Source: Candidatus Woesebacteria bacterium
GTDB lineage: Bacteria; Patescibacteriota; Microgenomatia; UBA8517
Assembly (NCBI GenBank): GCA_016432365.1
Contig: CP066686.1
Span: 346,906-410,905, forward strand
Length of the DNA: 64,000 nt
Reading direction: 5' to 3'
In this document: piece by piece, positions 29,890 to 39,484 of the stretch
Numbering within the stretch: the first letter of the stretch is position 1
How the letters are laid out: every line of letters begins with the position of its first letter
Made by a program: the position numbers and the translations under genes
Notes under the pieces: generated by a model
What the model saw: the letters and a program-made list of their open reading frames with translations, nothing else
Told to the model about the DNA's origin: nothing
Database searches by the model: none

Positions 29890-30609
29890 CTAGATTGAAA
29901 GGAAATCCAGTATTTTGGAGAAGGTAGATTGGTCAACTGCAAGGACTTGTCCCGTTTGGGTTGAAACAACCAGGCTTTTTGGGACAGATACATCAAAAAC
30001 GCCTAATAATTTTTCGTGCTTGGTTCCTTCAATGTTGTATGTCAAACTGCCGTCGTCTTGAGTCTCGATACGAACACTTGATGTAGAGTTGACTATCCCG
30101 GCGGCGAGCATGTTATCAGCTGCCTCTTGCGGCAAAACAGCAACCATGCGGCTTCCGGTTGGGCTAGTTACGGTTAACTCTCTTGTGACAGGATTAACCG
30201 ATAACGGGAAGTTGCTTTCAACACTAAACTTTGTTCCCTCCTGTTGAAACTCGAATTTGTTCTTGCCACTTCTGATTTTAATTTTTGATTCGCTTGTACC
30301 TTCTTTGACCTCAAATTCACTCTCTCCCTCAAACTCCTCCGGCTCGGGCGTTTCCTCCGGTTCAGGGGTTTCCTCCGGTTCAGGGGTTTCATTTTTCTCA
30401 TCCTCCTTCTCATCTTTGGTTTCGGTTTGCCCAGAAGTTCCTGAATCCTCACCTTTATTATCTGACTCGCTAAGCACATTTTCTGAGACAGACTGAGAAT
30501 TCCCGCTCTGGCTATAAACGGCAAAACCGGAAACCATCACAAATACAATAATAAGAAGTGGTAAAACAGAAACAAATCCCAAAATGTTTTTATTAGACAG
30601 CTTTTTCAT
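29890..30609 (-). CDS. secreted acidic repeat protein with (ETPEPE)n linker
   Basis: N-terminal signal/TM, Ser/Glu-rich region, three tandem ETPEPE(E) units encoded by an 18-bp tandem repeat. Confidence 0.45.
   Translation of the reverse strand: MKKLSNKNILGFVSVLPLLIIVFVMVSGFAVYSQSGNSQSVSENVLSESDNKGEDSGTSGQTETKDEKEDEKNETPEPEETPEPEETPEPEEFEGESEFEVKEGTSESKIKIRSGKNKFEFQQEGTKFSVESNFPLSVNPVTRELTVTSPTGSRMVAVLPQEAADNMLAAGIVNSTSSVRIETQDDGSLTYNIEGTKHEKLLGVFDVSVPKSLVVSTQTGQVLAVDQSTFSKILDFLSI
30336..30389. repeat. 18-bp tandem repeat x3 (CCTCCGGTTCAGGGGTTT) inside the CDS
   Basis: read directly; encodes the EPEETP repeats. Confidence 0.55.
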
Positions 30610-30700
30610 TAATAAATAAAACTAGCACAGAATAATTAAATCTGTCAATCTGTGGTTTGGGAATATTTTAACAACAAACCTTATCTGCCTAATACTTACC

Positions 30701-30722
30701 TGCTGGGGGACGGGGATTTGTG
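30701..30722. repeat. att-like partial copy of the tRNA-Gln 3' end (GCTGGGGGACGGGGATTTGTG)
   Basis: direct repeat of the tRNA 3' terminus about 60 nt from the tRNA gene. Confidence 0.45.
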
Positions 30723-30781
30723 CGCATAACATACAATTCCCTAATTAGCGCTATTAAATCACCGATACCAGCGAACGAAGT

Positions 30782-30855
30782 GGGCTGGGGAGCAGGGATT
30801 TGAACCCCAATAGGCAGATCCAGAATCTGCAGTCCTACCATTAGACGACTCCCCA
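30782..30855 (-). tRNA. tRNA-Gln (anticodon CUG)
   Basis: hand-folded cloverleaf on the minus strand: U1-A72 acceptor pair (typical of bacterial tRNA-Gln), D-stem GUCU/GGAC, anticodon stem GCAGA/UCUGC with loop UUCUGGA, T-arm GGGG-UUCAAAU-CCCU. Confidence 0.8.
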
Positions 30856-30989
30856 TCGTCGAAACTGGTTTCGCTGTCGGTTTACAGCTTACGCCTAAAC
30901 CTTATCGCTCCACCGTTTCTCCTCTCAAAATTCTCGAAGAATTTTGTACTGAGGACAAAAGGTCCAACAGTAAGGCTATTATACCATCC

Positions 30990-32030
30990 TTAGCCTGTAA
31001 TTTTGGAGGCTAAGGGAATTTTGTGGATTAGGAAAGCAGCCAAAAACGAGAGTCCGAGAACCACTCCAAAAAATATCGGGTCAAAAATAATTTTCCCTAC
31101 CGGCATAGACCCAAAAGAGTTAAACAAAGATTTCCCGACAAATTTCCAAACATTTTCCAAAATGATTACATGTATAAAGAATACAAAAAACGAAGCATCC
31201 GAAAGTTTTTTACGGGGTGAAGATTTAAGATGTTCTTTGTCAAAAATATAATAAAAAATTAAGCCGAACAAAATTGTGTAAACCAAAGTACTTGGCCTGA
31301 AGTTTGAATAAAAAGTCAGGTAATTGCCGGTCTTTAAGAAATTTGTCATTCCTTCCAAAAAAATAAAGAAGCCGGTTATTGCCGCGGAACCGGCCAAAAT
31401 AAATCTCCATTTTTTTGCAGATTCCAAGATTCTGTCTTTGTTTCTCGCAGCGACCATACCTAATATAAAGACAAAATAACACATGAGAGCGGTATGCAAC
31501 GGATCGTTAAGGTGGTATGGTTTTACATAATAATCTTGCCGCAAAATATACGCTTGAGAAATAAACAAACCAATCAGAATCCATTTGTTGGCAACAAATC
31601 TGTAAATTTTGTGGAGAAGGGGAAAAACTAAATAGAAAATAAAAAGAGTTGGAATAAAATAAAGTTGGTAAGAGGCGTTACCTAAATATAAGACTTTGAA
31701 AAAATTATCGCTGTTTTGGTTATAAACAAAAAAATAATAAATAAGACTCCAAAAAATATAAGGAATTAAAATTCTACTAAAACGCTTCCTGAGATATGAA
31801 AAATAGTTAGTGTGATTTGAATAATTAAGTTCAAGTGCAAAACCCGAGACGATAAAGAATAGGGGAACTGCAAACCTTGCGATCTGGTTCAGAAAAAGAG
31901 TAAATGGAAAACCCGTTAAGTTGTCTTTTGTCGCTTCGATTGTTCGGGTTGTTGTATGAATCAAAACCACAGCAGAAATTGCGATAGCCCTCATCGCGTC
32001 CAGTGATTTAACATAGACTTTTTCGGTCAT
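30990..32030 (-). CDS. acyltransferase family 3 (OafA-like) membrane protein
   Basis: about 10 TM helices, N-terminal LDAMRAIAISAVVLIH motif typical of acyltransferase_3. Confidence 0.65.
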   Translation of the reverse strand: MTEKVYVKSLDAMRAIAISAVVLIHTTTRTIEATKDNLTGFPFTLFLNQIARFAVPLFFIVSGFALELNYSNHTNYFSYLRKRFSRILIPYIFWSLIYYFFVYNQNSDNFFKVLYLGNASYQLYFIPTLFIFYLVFPLLHKIYRFVANKWILIGLFISQAYILRQDYYVKPYHLNDPLHTALMCYFVFILGMVAARNKDRILESAKKWRFILAGSAAITGFFIFLEGMTNFLKTGNYLTFYSNFRPSTLVYTILFGLIFYYIFDKEHLKSSPRKKLSDASFFVFFIHVIILENVWKFVGKSLFNSFGSMPVGKIIFDPIFFGVVLGLSFLAAFLIHKIPLASKITG

Positions 32031-32040
32031 ATGAATATAT

Positions 32041-33549
32041 CTATTCGATTATTTGCTCCTCTTTCTTTGCCGACAAAAACTGAACCCACGAATCAATGAA
32101 TCCCAGTATTATTTTAAATGGCGCTTCAAGGATGAAGTCAAATGTAAATGCCAAAAAGTTTAACTTGGAAAGCCCCTGGCTTAACCTGCTTCCGATTGCC
32201 AAAATTGGCAAAGAAAGAATTTCAATAAAAGTCGCTCCCCGCGCTTCCGTTCCTTTCCATGAATATACTTTAGCGATTTGAGCGATTCTATAAGCGAAAA
32301 AGGCGATTATTGTAAGGAAGAATATGAATATAAATTTACTGAAGAAGGTGTATCCTATCCGTCCTAACGTGTAATATATTGCCCAAAAAACTCCAAAGAA
32401 AAATATGGCATAGAGAATAGAGAATAGATAGTATACAAAGTTGTGATCTCCTTCACTTTCGGAATTTCTTAAGACATCTTTTTCGTTCTTAAGAGAATCA
32501 AAATTTTCCAAAATATACCAGGCACGCTCTATTAGCGAGGCTTTTTCTTTTTTGGATGGGAGCTTAATCTGCATTGTCGTTAACCACATGAGTAAGGGTG
32601 GAAAAGTCAGGTTTACCGTCAGTGGGAGAATGCTTAAATGTCCGTAGACAAATACTTCGAATGGGACTTCCAGTCCGAACGCCAGGATCATCTTGGTAAG
32701 GAATACGTAAAAAACACTTCTGACTCCGGCTGTAGCGATTTTCCCGGACATCTGGTCAAGCTGAGTTTTTAAAACTTCTTCTGCTCGTTTATCAAATACC
32801 CCCTTTTTTGTGATCGTGCTTTTAAATTCGACCGGTGCATAAAAATATATATCTCTGAGGATTATCATTGGTGGCATTTGACGCCTGACAAATTTACTGA
32901 TTCTGGGAAGTTCTTTATGCGTTCTGGCTTGTATAAATAGTTTCCAAGCCTCTTCGAACTTGTCTCTTGTGATGGTGCCTCCTGCAAGTCCAAGTATGTG
33001 GTAGGCAATTTGTTCATCATCACTTGCCGCATAAACCTTGTCGGTCGCAAAAAATGTAATTAGGTCCAGATCCGTCCCGGTCATTGCAATTTTCTGTCGG
33101 ACTACTTGGTAGGCGAAGAAAGTAAATTGTTTATAATCGGTGTTTAAATTAAAAAGTTCTTCAATTTCGGCCGAAGCAATTTTCAAAATCCACTCTGTGG
33201 GTACAGAGCTACCGATAAAACTGACATATTTTGCAAGCACATTCTTAAGATTTGCTTTGTCGGAAACTTTTAGCTCTTCATACGAAACATATTTTGCCCA
33301 AGCAAGCTCTGTTAATAAGCGGTCGGCAATTTTTATGGGATCTTTGGTCAGAATTACTATTCTTTTTAGTATCCTTTCAATTGCTGCTCGCCTTACCAGG
33401 TTATCTGCGCGGTACTCCAAGGCATTCCTTGCTTTTTCGTATACTCCTGCTAGGGTTTCTACAAAACCATTGGAACTTTCTCTGTTTTTTTCATTAATTA
33501 TTCCGCCATAAGACAAACGCGAAAGAAGCGCAACAAGTGGTTTGTTCAT
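32041..33549 (-). CDS. hypothetical protein with a large cytoplasmic N-terminal domain and C-terminal TM helices
   Basis: ORF and hydrophobicity only. Confidence 0.35.
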   Translation of the reverse strand: MNKPLVALLSRLSYGGIINEKNRESSNGFVETLAGVYEKARNALEYRADNLVRRAAIERILKRIVILTKDPIKIADRLLTELAWAKYVSYEELKVSDKANLKNVLAKYVSFIGSSVPTEWILKIASAEIEELFNLNTDYKQFTFFAYQVVRQKIAMTGTDLDLITFFATDKVYAASDDEQIAYHILGLAGGTITRDKFEEAWKLFIQARTHKELPRISKFVRRQMPPMIILRDIYFYAPVEFKSTITKKGVFDKRAEEVLKTQLDQMSGKIATAGVRSVFYVFLTKMILAFGLEVPFEVFVYGHLSILPLTVNLTFPPLLMWLTTMQIKLPSKKEKASLIERAWYILENFDSLKNEKDVLRNSESEGDHNFVYYLFSILYAIFFFGVFWAIYYTLGRIGYTFFSKFIFIFFLTIIAFFAYRIAQIAKVYSWKGTEARGATFIEILSLPILAIGSRLSQGLSKLNFLAFTFDFILEAPFKIILGFIDSWVQFLSAKKEEQIIE

Positions 33550-33651
33550 TTGACAGATTGTATACCTAAAAAGCTATTATTTGCACGCAAGTGAATAAAT
33601 GTTGCGAAAAGGTAACTTGACAGTCGGTATACTTTTTGGTAGTTTATATTC

Positions 33652-34368
33652 ATGAAGTCAAGATTGGCAATAATAAGTGTAGTCATTTTTATCGGTCTGC
33701 TTTTTCATTACAATTCAGGTGTTTATGCCAGAGATTCGTCTGATACTTCGTCCGATTCAGATGAAAGTTTGGAACTGAAGACTTCACGACCGGAACGATT
33801 TATTACCGAATTTAGAACCCCGAAACCATCAGAGTCTCCTGAGCCTTCAGAGTCGCCTGAACCTTCGGAGACGCCACGAGTAAAAGGTGTGGATCGCCTG
33901 GAGAATCAGAGACTTAGATTTTGTGAGAATCATCAAGACGAAATTGATAATCATTTGACAAGTTTAGGAAATTTGGTGGCATCAATGTTAGGAAAATTTG
34001 ATTCGATTGCGGCCAAAGTGCAAGAGTTTTATACGACAAAAGTTGCACCAACCGGCAAGACAGTCGCGAACTATGCAGCATTGGTTGCGGACATTGAAGC
34101 AAAAAGAACCGCAGTTGAGACGGCTTTAGCCAATAGTCACAAGGACGTTACTAACTTTACTTGTACCGGAGAAAATCCCAAAGGGCAGATTAGGCTTTAT
34201 AGGACTGATATGCAATTAGTCAAAAAAGCTTTACAAGACTATCGAACTTCGATTAAAAATCTGATTGTAGCAATAAAGTCGGTAGTGGGGGAAACAAATC
34301 GCGAATCTCCCGAACCAAGTGAAACGCCTAAATCGACAACCAGCCCTGTTCCGACCGCAACACCGTAA
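33652..34368 (+). CDS. secreted repeat protein with (SESPEP)n and coiled-coil region
   Basis: signal/TM, SPEPSESPEPSETP repeats at both ends, similar in style to the protein at 29890-30609. Confidence 0.4.
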   Translation: MKSRLAIISVVIFIGLLFHYNSGVYARDSSDTSSDSDESLELKTSRPERFITEFRTPKPSESPEPSESPEPSETPRVKGVDRLENQRLRFCENHQDEIDNHLTSLGNLVASMLGKFDSIAAKVQEFYTTKVAPTGKTVANYAALVADIEAKRTAVETALANSHKDVTNFTCTGENPKGQIRLYRTDMQLVKKALQDYRTSIKNLIVAIKSVVGETNRESPEPSETPKSTTSPVPTATP

Positions 34369-34664
34369 TGAAAATGAAAAATAACCAAAAAGGAATAATA
34401 CAGTTATTATTAGTAATAGGGATTGTTGCGGTGTTAACGTTTATCGGTTATCTTTTGTACACACAAAATATGCAAAAACAAAAGATTTCTGTTTCGGCGG
34501 TTCCGTCCCCTTACCAAGTTCAGTATCAAAAAGCCGGGGATGAGGTTGCACCCGTAAAAGACTCGAGCGATTTGACCTCTGTTGATGCCACACTAGATGC
34601 AACTGACATAACTGAATTAGATACCAGCCTTAATGCTTTGGGTTCGGCTACTGCAGGCTTCTGA
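34368..34664 (+). CDS. small membrane-anchored protein (98 aa)
   Basis: N-terminal hydrophobic helix; stop/start overlap with the upstream gene. Confidence 0.3.
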   Translation: MKMKNNQKGIIQLLLVIGIVAVLTFIGYLLYTQNMQKQKISVSAVPSPYQVQYQKAGDEVAPVKDSSDLTSVDATLDATDITELDTSLNALGSATAGF

Positions 34665-34672
34665 AACTTTAG

Positions 34673-35068
34673 TTAAAAGAGAATCTTCAATTTTGGGAGG
34701 AATAGAAGTGCCCCGATTATTATCGACCCCATAGAAGCTACAAGTACACACGCCGCTGCGACGTCCTTGGCGATTTTTGCTTTTTCCCGAAACTCCGGAC
34801 TTATAAGATCTACTATTTCTTCGATAGATGTGTTTACAAGTTCAAGAATTAGAACAAGCGTGATAATAGCAACCAGATTAAGCCATTCGCTAAGGTTGAG
34901 TTTAAGGGCAAAGCCCAAAATAACGGCCAACATACCGATAAACAGTTGGATTTTGAAATTTCTTTCTTGAAGAATCACACCTTTTAGTCCGTTAATGGCA
35001 AATCGGAAACTTTTTAAAAGTGAGTGCCTATGCTCCATACGATATGATACCATTTTAGTATATCTCAA
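34673..35068 (-). CDS. dgkA: Diacylglycerol/undecaprenol kinase (DgkA family)
   Basis: three TM helices and ELVNTSIEEIVD DgkA signature. Confidence 0.7.
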   Translation of the reverse strand: MRYTKMVSYRMEHRHSLLKSFRFAINGLKGVILQERNFKIQLFIGMLAVILGFALKLNLSEWLNLVAIITLVLILELVNTSIEEIVDLISPEFREKAKIAKDVAAACVLVASMGSIIIGALLFLPKLKILF

Positions 35069-35071
35069 GCC

Positions 35072-35557
35072 ATGGAGGATCTAATTATTATTTATTTTGC
35101 AAGCTTTTTCATTTATTTCCTATTCTTAGGACTTGTTGTTTTGTGGTTTATTGACGGTAAAATCAAAAAGGAACAGGTGGTTCATGCTCTGTTTGCCTGC
35201 CTTTTTGCTTGGATAATTGCCGCTCTAATAAAGCATTTTTTCCCAACCTTACGCCCTTTTGTTGTTAATGGAGGCGAGACGGGAGTAATCTTAAGGCCTA
35301 CGGACGGAGCATTTCCCTCCGAGCATACCACCCTCGCGTTCGCTCTAGCTATAACAGTTTTTATGCATGATAGGAAAATTGGTTGGTTTTTTTTGATAGG
35401 CGCTCTTACTGTCGGAATTGCCAGGGTATTAGCCAATGTTCATTATCCGATTGATATTATTGGCGGAGCTTTCTTGGGTACGTTGGTAGCAGTAATAGTT
35501 GAAAAACTACATTTTTTGGATTTGATAAACAAACTTTCTCCAAGAAACAGGAAGTAA
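35072..35557 (+). CDS. PAP2-family phosphatase (undecaprenyl-diphosphatase-like)
   Basis: PSEHTT (PSGH) and HYPIDIIGG (SRxxxxxHxxxD) acid phosphatase motifs. Confidence 0.7.
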   Translation: MEDLIIIYFASFFIYFLFLGLVVLWFIDGKIKKEQVVHALFACLFAWIIAALIKHFFPTLRPFVVNGGETGVILRPTDGAFPSEHTTLAFALAITVFMHDRKIGWFFLIGALTVGIARVLANVHYPIDIIGGAFLGTLVAVIVEKLHFLDLINKLSPRNRK

Positions 35558-35644
35558 AATTTGAGGGGCCTTGCCCCGTAATTTCGCCCTTGCGACGCAA
35601 ACATGGAGTATTTGGGAGCAAGTAAGAAAGTATGGGGTTGACAA

Positions 35645-35671
35645 TTAGCAGACGATCATTTAGACTGCTAA
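35645..35671. promoter_or_regulatory. CIRCE-like inverted repeat TTAGCAGAC-N9-GACTGCTAA overlapping the putative lon promoter (TTGACA at 35637)
   Basis: 15/18 match to the HrcA operator consensus TTAGCACTC-N9-GAGTGCTAA with exact 9-nt spacing, 8 nt upstream of the lon ATG. Confidence 0.45.
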
Positions 35672-35679
35672 ATAATTAA

Positions 35680-38100
35680 ATGCAAAAATTGCAAAAAGAT
35701 ACAGCCAGACGCGTTCCAATAGTTCCGGTAAGAGGGACTGTCGTTTTTCCTCACACCGATACGTTAGTCTCCTTCGGACGCGCAAAAAGTATTGCCGCTG
35801 TTAATTCCGCATTTCAGGAAGACAGAGTAGTTGCTATTTTTACACAAAAAGATTCCAGAACGGAGGATCCGGGCAAGGAAGATCTTTTTGAGGTTGGCAC
35901 AATCGCGACCATCACTCAAATGATGTCTACGGACGGTGAAATTCACGCCTTGATCCGTGGGCAAGCAAGAATTAGCCTTCTCGAAATACTTACCGAAGAG
36001 CCGTTCCTTGTTGGTAAAGTTGAAGAAATCCCTGAGGAGATTGAGGTAACCCCCGAAATTTCTGTGTTGGCAAAAAATCTTCAGGAGTTATTCAAAAAAT
36101 CTATTAATTTGGGCAAACAAGCAGAAATAATGACTGTTATGAAGTTGGTCTCCGGCGGGGTCGAGCCTGTCGAAATGGTAGACCAGGTAGCATCGCTTTT
36201 GGAAGTGAAACAAAATGAAAAACAAAAGCTTTTGGAAGAATTAAATCTTAAAACACGTTTAGATAAAGTCTCGGAGTTGCTTGTAAAAGAGGTAAATGCT
36301 CTTGAAGTTGAGCGAACCATCTCATCAAAAACACAAAAGAGATTTGAGGATCAGATGAAAAAGGCCATGCTTCGGGAAAAGAAGAGAACAATTGAAGAAG
36401 AGTTGGGAGAGATGGCAGATGAGGGAGAACTAACTAATGAAGAAGCCAAAGAGTATAAAAATAAAATCAAAGAGGCCGGGATGCCTTTAGAAGTAAGAAA
36501 TAGAGCAGAAAAAGAACTTAAACGTCTAGTTAGTATGTCTCCCAACAACCCCGAGGGAGCCTATATAAGAAACTATTTAGATTGGCTTTGTGACATGCCC
36601 TGGAGCAAGGTAAGTCCCAACAATGTTGCTATGAAGAAAGCGGCCAAAATTTTGGAAGATGAGCATTTTGGAATTGACAAAGCAAAAGAGAGAATTTTGG
36701 AATTTATGGCTGTGATGAAAATTAAAAAGGCTGCCAAAATCAAAGATGGCGGGGCACATCCGACAATTCTTTGTTTCATTGGGCCCCCAGGGGTTGGTAA
36801 AACTTCAATTGGAAGATCGATTGCAAAAGCACTGAATCGTAAATTTGTCAGGGTTTCTCTTGGAGGAATCAGAGACGAAGCGGAGATTAGGGGACACAGG
36901 CGCACCTATGTCGGTGCACTTCCTGGCCGTATTGTTCAGGGAATCAAAGATGCGGGTACAAAAAATCCTGTTTTTATGTTGGATGAAATAGATAAAATCG
37001 GAGTAGATTTCCGAGGCGATCCAAGTTCTGCACTTTTGGAAGCCCTGGACCCTGAACAAAACAAAGAGTTTTCCGATCATTATTTGGAAGTTCCTTTTGA
37101 TTTGAGCGAAGTCATGTTTATTTGTACCGGAAATGTGTTGGATACAATTCCGGGTCCACTCAAAGATAGAATGGAAGTAATAACATTCCCGGGTTATACC
37201 GAAGTGGAAAAATTTCAGATTGCGAAGAAATTCCTTTGGCCCAAACAGTTAAAAGCTACGGGGTTGGAAGATAAGAAAATCGAAATAGAAGACGCCGGTC
37301 TTAAAGAGGTAATAGGTAGCTATACCAGGGAAGCCGGGGTACGTAATTTGGAAAGAAATCTGGCCTCGGTTTGCCGCAAAGTGGCAAGACTTGTCGCGGA
37401 AGGCAAAAAATACCCCAAAAAAGTTGAAGTTTCCAATATCCGTAAATTCTTAGGGAGTCATAGATTTTCGTCCCAAATTGCTGAGAAAAAAGATGAGGTG
37501 GGAGTAAGTACGGGACTTTCCGTAACTCCGTTTGGCGGCGAAATATTATTTATCGAAGTGTCTTTAATGCCGGGGAAAGGTAAGCTTACATTAACCGGAC
37601 AGTTGGGAGATGTTATGCGGGAGAGCGCCAAGGCAGCCTTCACCTGGACGCGCTCGCATTACTACGAACTAGGTCTTAAACCAAATTTTTCGGAAAATAT
37701 TGATATCCACATCCACGTTCCAGAAGGAGCGGTTCCTAAAGATGGTCCCTCAGCCGGTGTGTCGATTACTACAGCCCTAGTTTCTGCTCTCACAGGAGTT
37801 CCTGTTAAACGTGATGTGGGAATGACCGGAGAGGTTACTCTGCGCGGCCACGTACTCGAAATTGGGGGACTTAAAGAAAAATCGATTGCAGGGCACCGTG
37901 CTGGTCTAAAAACTATTATTGCTCCCAAGGAGAATAAAAAAGATTTGGATGAGTTTCCGGAGGCTGTTAAGAAAGATATTAAGTTTGTTTTTGCGGAAGA
38001 AGTAGAAGATGTACTAAAGGTAGCACTTTCGGAATGGCCGCTCAAAGTCCGCAAGGAAACAAAGTTTACTTCAATTTCCTCAACCCTTGTGGCCAATTAA
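35680..38100 (+). CDS. lon: ATP-dependent protease Lon (LonA)
   Basis: LON N-domain, AAA+ Walker A GPPGVGKTS, Walker B, protease Ser-Lys dyad (DGPSAGV ... K). Confidence 0.9.
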   Translation: MQKLQKDTARRVPIVPVRGTVVFPHTDTLVSFGRAKSIAAVNSAFQEDRVVAIFTQKDSRTEDPGKEDLFEVGTIATITQMMSTDGEIHALIRGQARISLLEILTEEPFLVGKVEEIPEEIEVTPEISVLAKNLQELFKKSINLGKQAEIMTVMKLVSGGVEPVEMVDQVASLLEVKQNEKQKLLEELNLKTRLDKVSELLVKEVNALEVERTISSKTQKRFEDQMKKAMLREKKRTIEEELGEMADEGELTNEEAKEYKNKIKEAGMPLEVRNRAEKELKRLVSMSPNNPEGAYIRNYLDWLCDMPWSKVSPNNVAMKKAAKILEDEHFGIDKAKERILEFMAVMKIKKAAKIKDGGAHPTILCFIGPPGVGKTSIGRSIAKALNRKFVRVSLGGIRDEAEIRGHRRTYVGALPGRIVQGIKDAGTKNPVFMLDEIDKIGVDFRGDPSSALLEALDPEQNKEFSDHYLEVPFDLSEVMFICTGNVLDTIPGPLKDRMEVITFPGYTEVEKFQIAKKFLWPKQLKATGLEDKKIEIEDAGLKEVIGSYTREAGVRNLERNLASVCRKVARLVAEGKKYPKKVEVSNIRKFLGSHRFSSQIAEKKDEVGVSTGLSVTPFGGEILFIEVSLMPGKGKLTLTGQLGDVMRESAKAAFTWTRSHYYELGLKPNFSENIDIHIHVPEGAVPKDGPSAGVSITTALVSALTGVPVKRDVGMTGEVTLRGHVLEIGGLKEKSIAGHRAGLKTIIAPKENKKDLDEFPEAVKKDIKFVFAEEVEDVLKVALSEWPLKVRKETKFTSISSTLVAN

Positions 38101-38105
38101 AAAAA

Positions 38106-38139
38106 CCTCCGTCTGAGAAAATTTCCCAAAAAACGGAGG
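38106..38139 (-). terminator. stem-loop (CCTCCGT/ACGGAGG) followed by a T-run on the minus strand; likely terminator of the 38171-39316 gene
   Basis: read directly from the sequence. Confidence 0.35.
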
Positions 38140-38170
38140 TTCATTGTAACTAGGTTACAGAAAAAGTTTG

Positions 38171-39316
38171 TTATCTGCGTTGAAGGCCTTTCAAGAAATT
38201 CCTCGTCATCGGATCATCGAGTCCGCGTATGGCAGCCTCACTTTCCTGTTTGGTGACATGTTCACCATCGAGCTGTTTGCCAAGTGCAACCAGGACGTTT
38301 CCAACGTTGGGTTCATCTCTTGTGACAGCTTCCTTGTGGCAAAAATGCGCAAAGTCATCAATTCCACCAGGACCATCGCGACGGAAGCTCGGCCATGCAC
38401 GGTCAAAGGCATCGGCATCAAGCTTGGTAAAGTGGCGTATGAATTTTGCCATTTCTGTCCAGTGGCCTGATGTAAACCATGGTCTGCCGTCTTGATAGTG
38501 CCAGCCTTTGTCATCTGTTTGGCGTGCAGCGCTTAGGATACGCCTATGTAGGGTGGTTGAAACAGGGAGTGGGGCCCAATGCCACGATTCGTAAATACTG
38601 ATTGTTTCCGGAATTGGGAGGCGGTCATATTCAGCATACTGCTTTCCCTTCCACACCTTGACGATTTTATGGTTCCAATAGGAGCCATAGTGATCGTAAG
38701 GCTCAATCACGGCCGTGTTTCGATTCCAGTTAAGGTCATACTTAATGGCAATCAGCTTTCCTTGACCAACCGAACCATAAGACCATTTTCCTTCATTACG
38801 CTTGAGGTAAGCTTCTGCTTTTTCGCCTGTGACAACTGACAATCCACCTTTAAGGAACTCTGGGTAAAGGTAGAGAATCCCATTTTCCGTATCCCATTCC
38901 TTGACCTTCATGCGGAGTTCCGGTGCGAACATTCCACGTTCCTCATCGTTGTTGAAGACGAAGGTAAAGGTGGAACCATCAACCAGTTCGTAATACGTGA
39001 CAGCGCCGCACTTTTCGCATTTATGTCCGTGCGATTGGATGCCGGTGGTGGAAATCTGTTGATGACAGGTACCGCAAATACCAAAACGAAGATTCGGAAG
39101 TTTAGCGAACCAAAGCGACCAACCGTTTATCTCCATTGTGGCAACAGGAACGCCGTCTTTCTTGCGGTAATCTGATTGGCGGAGGTCTTCAACTTCATAT
39201 CCACTCTTTCGGAGCTCTTTCAACAGGCGATTGAGGGCTTCTGGTGTTTTGGCATAAATATCCCCCATTACGTCGATGAGATCGTCATTTTTGACAGTGA
39301 GATTTAACCCTAACAT
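38171..39316 (-). CDS. hypothetical protein with a CxxC...CxxC zinc-ribbon; GC content is elevated relative to the flanks
   Basis: CGTCHQQ...HGHKCEKCG motif; about 50% GC versus about 40% around it. Confidence 0.4.
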   Translation of the reverse strand: MLGLNLTVKNDDLIDVMGDIYAKTPEALNRLLKELRKSGYEVEDLRQSDYRKKDGVPVATMEINGWSLWFAKLPNLRFGICGTCHQQISTTGIQSHGHKCEKCGAVTYYELVDGSTFTFVFNNDEERGMFAPELRMKVKEWDTENGILYLYPEFLKGGLSVVTGEKAEAYLKRNEGKWSYGSVGQGKLIAIKYDLNWNRNTAVIEPYDHYGSYWNHKIVKVWKGKQYAEYDRLPIPETISIYESWHWAPLPVSTTLHRRILSAARQTDDKGWHYQDGRPWFTSGHWTEMAKFIRHFTKLDADAFDRAWPSFRRDGPGGIDDFAHFCHKEAVTRDEPNVGNVLVALGKQLDGEHVTKQESEAAIRGLDDPMTRNFLKGLQRR

Positions 39317-39484
39317 TGATGCCTCCTTTAGGCCTCAAATTGAATACAGATATTAAAAATATTCTGTTTTTTGTGAATGTACTTAAGACACTGAGGCTGA
39401 ATGTTACTACCACCACATTTCAAAGTCAATTATTACAGGGTGTGTTAACTGAAGAATCACGGAGGTCGATTTGTATTTTTAGGA

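Noticed and set aside
34368-34664. Type IV pilin-like small protein (MKMKNNQKG|IIQLLLVIG...)
   Set aside because: No Glu at +5 and no canonical G/FTLIE prepilin cleavage motif; probably just a membrane-anchored small protein.
36081-37080. Multiple short minus-strand ORFs inside lon (and similar ones inside the P-type ATPase, LysRS and NadB)
   Set aside because: They are embedded antisense within well-supported long genes and have no motifs; they are typical spurious ORFs.
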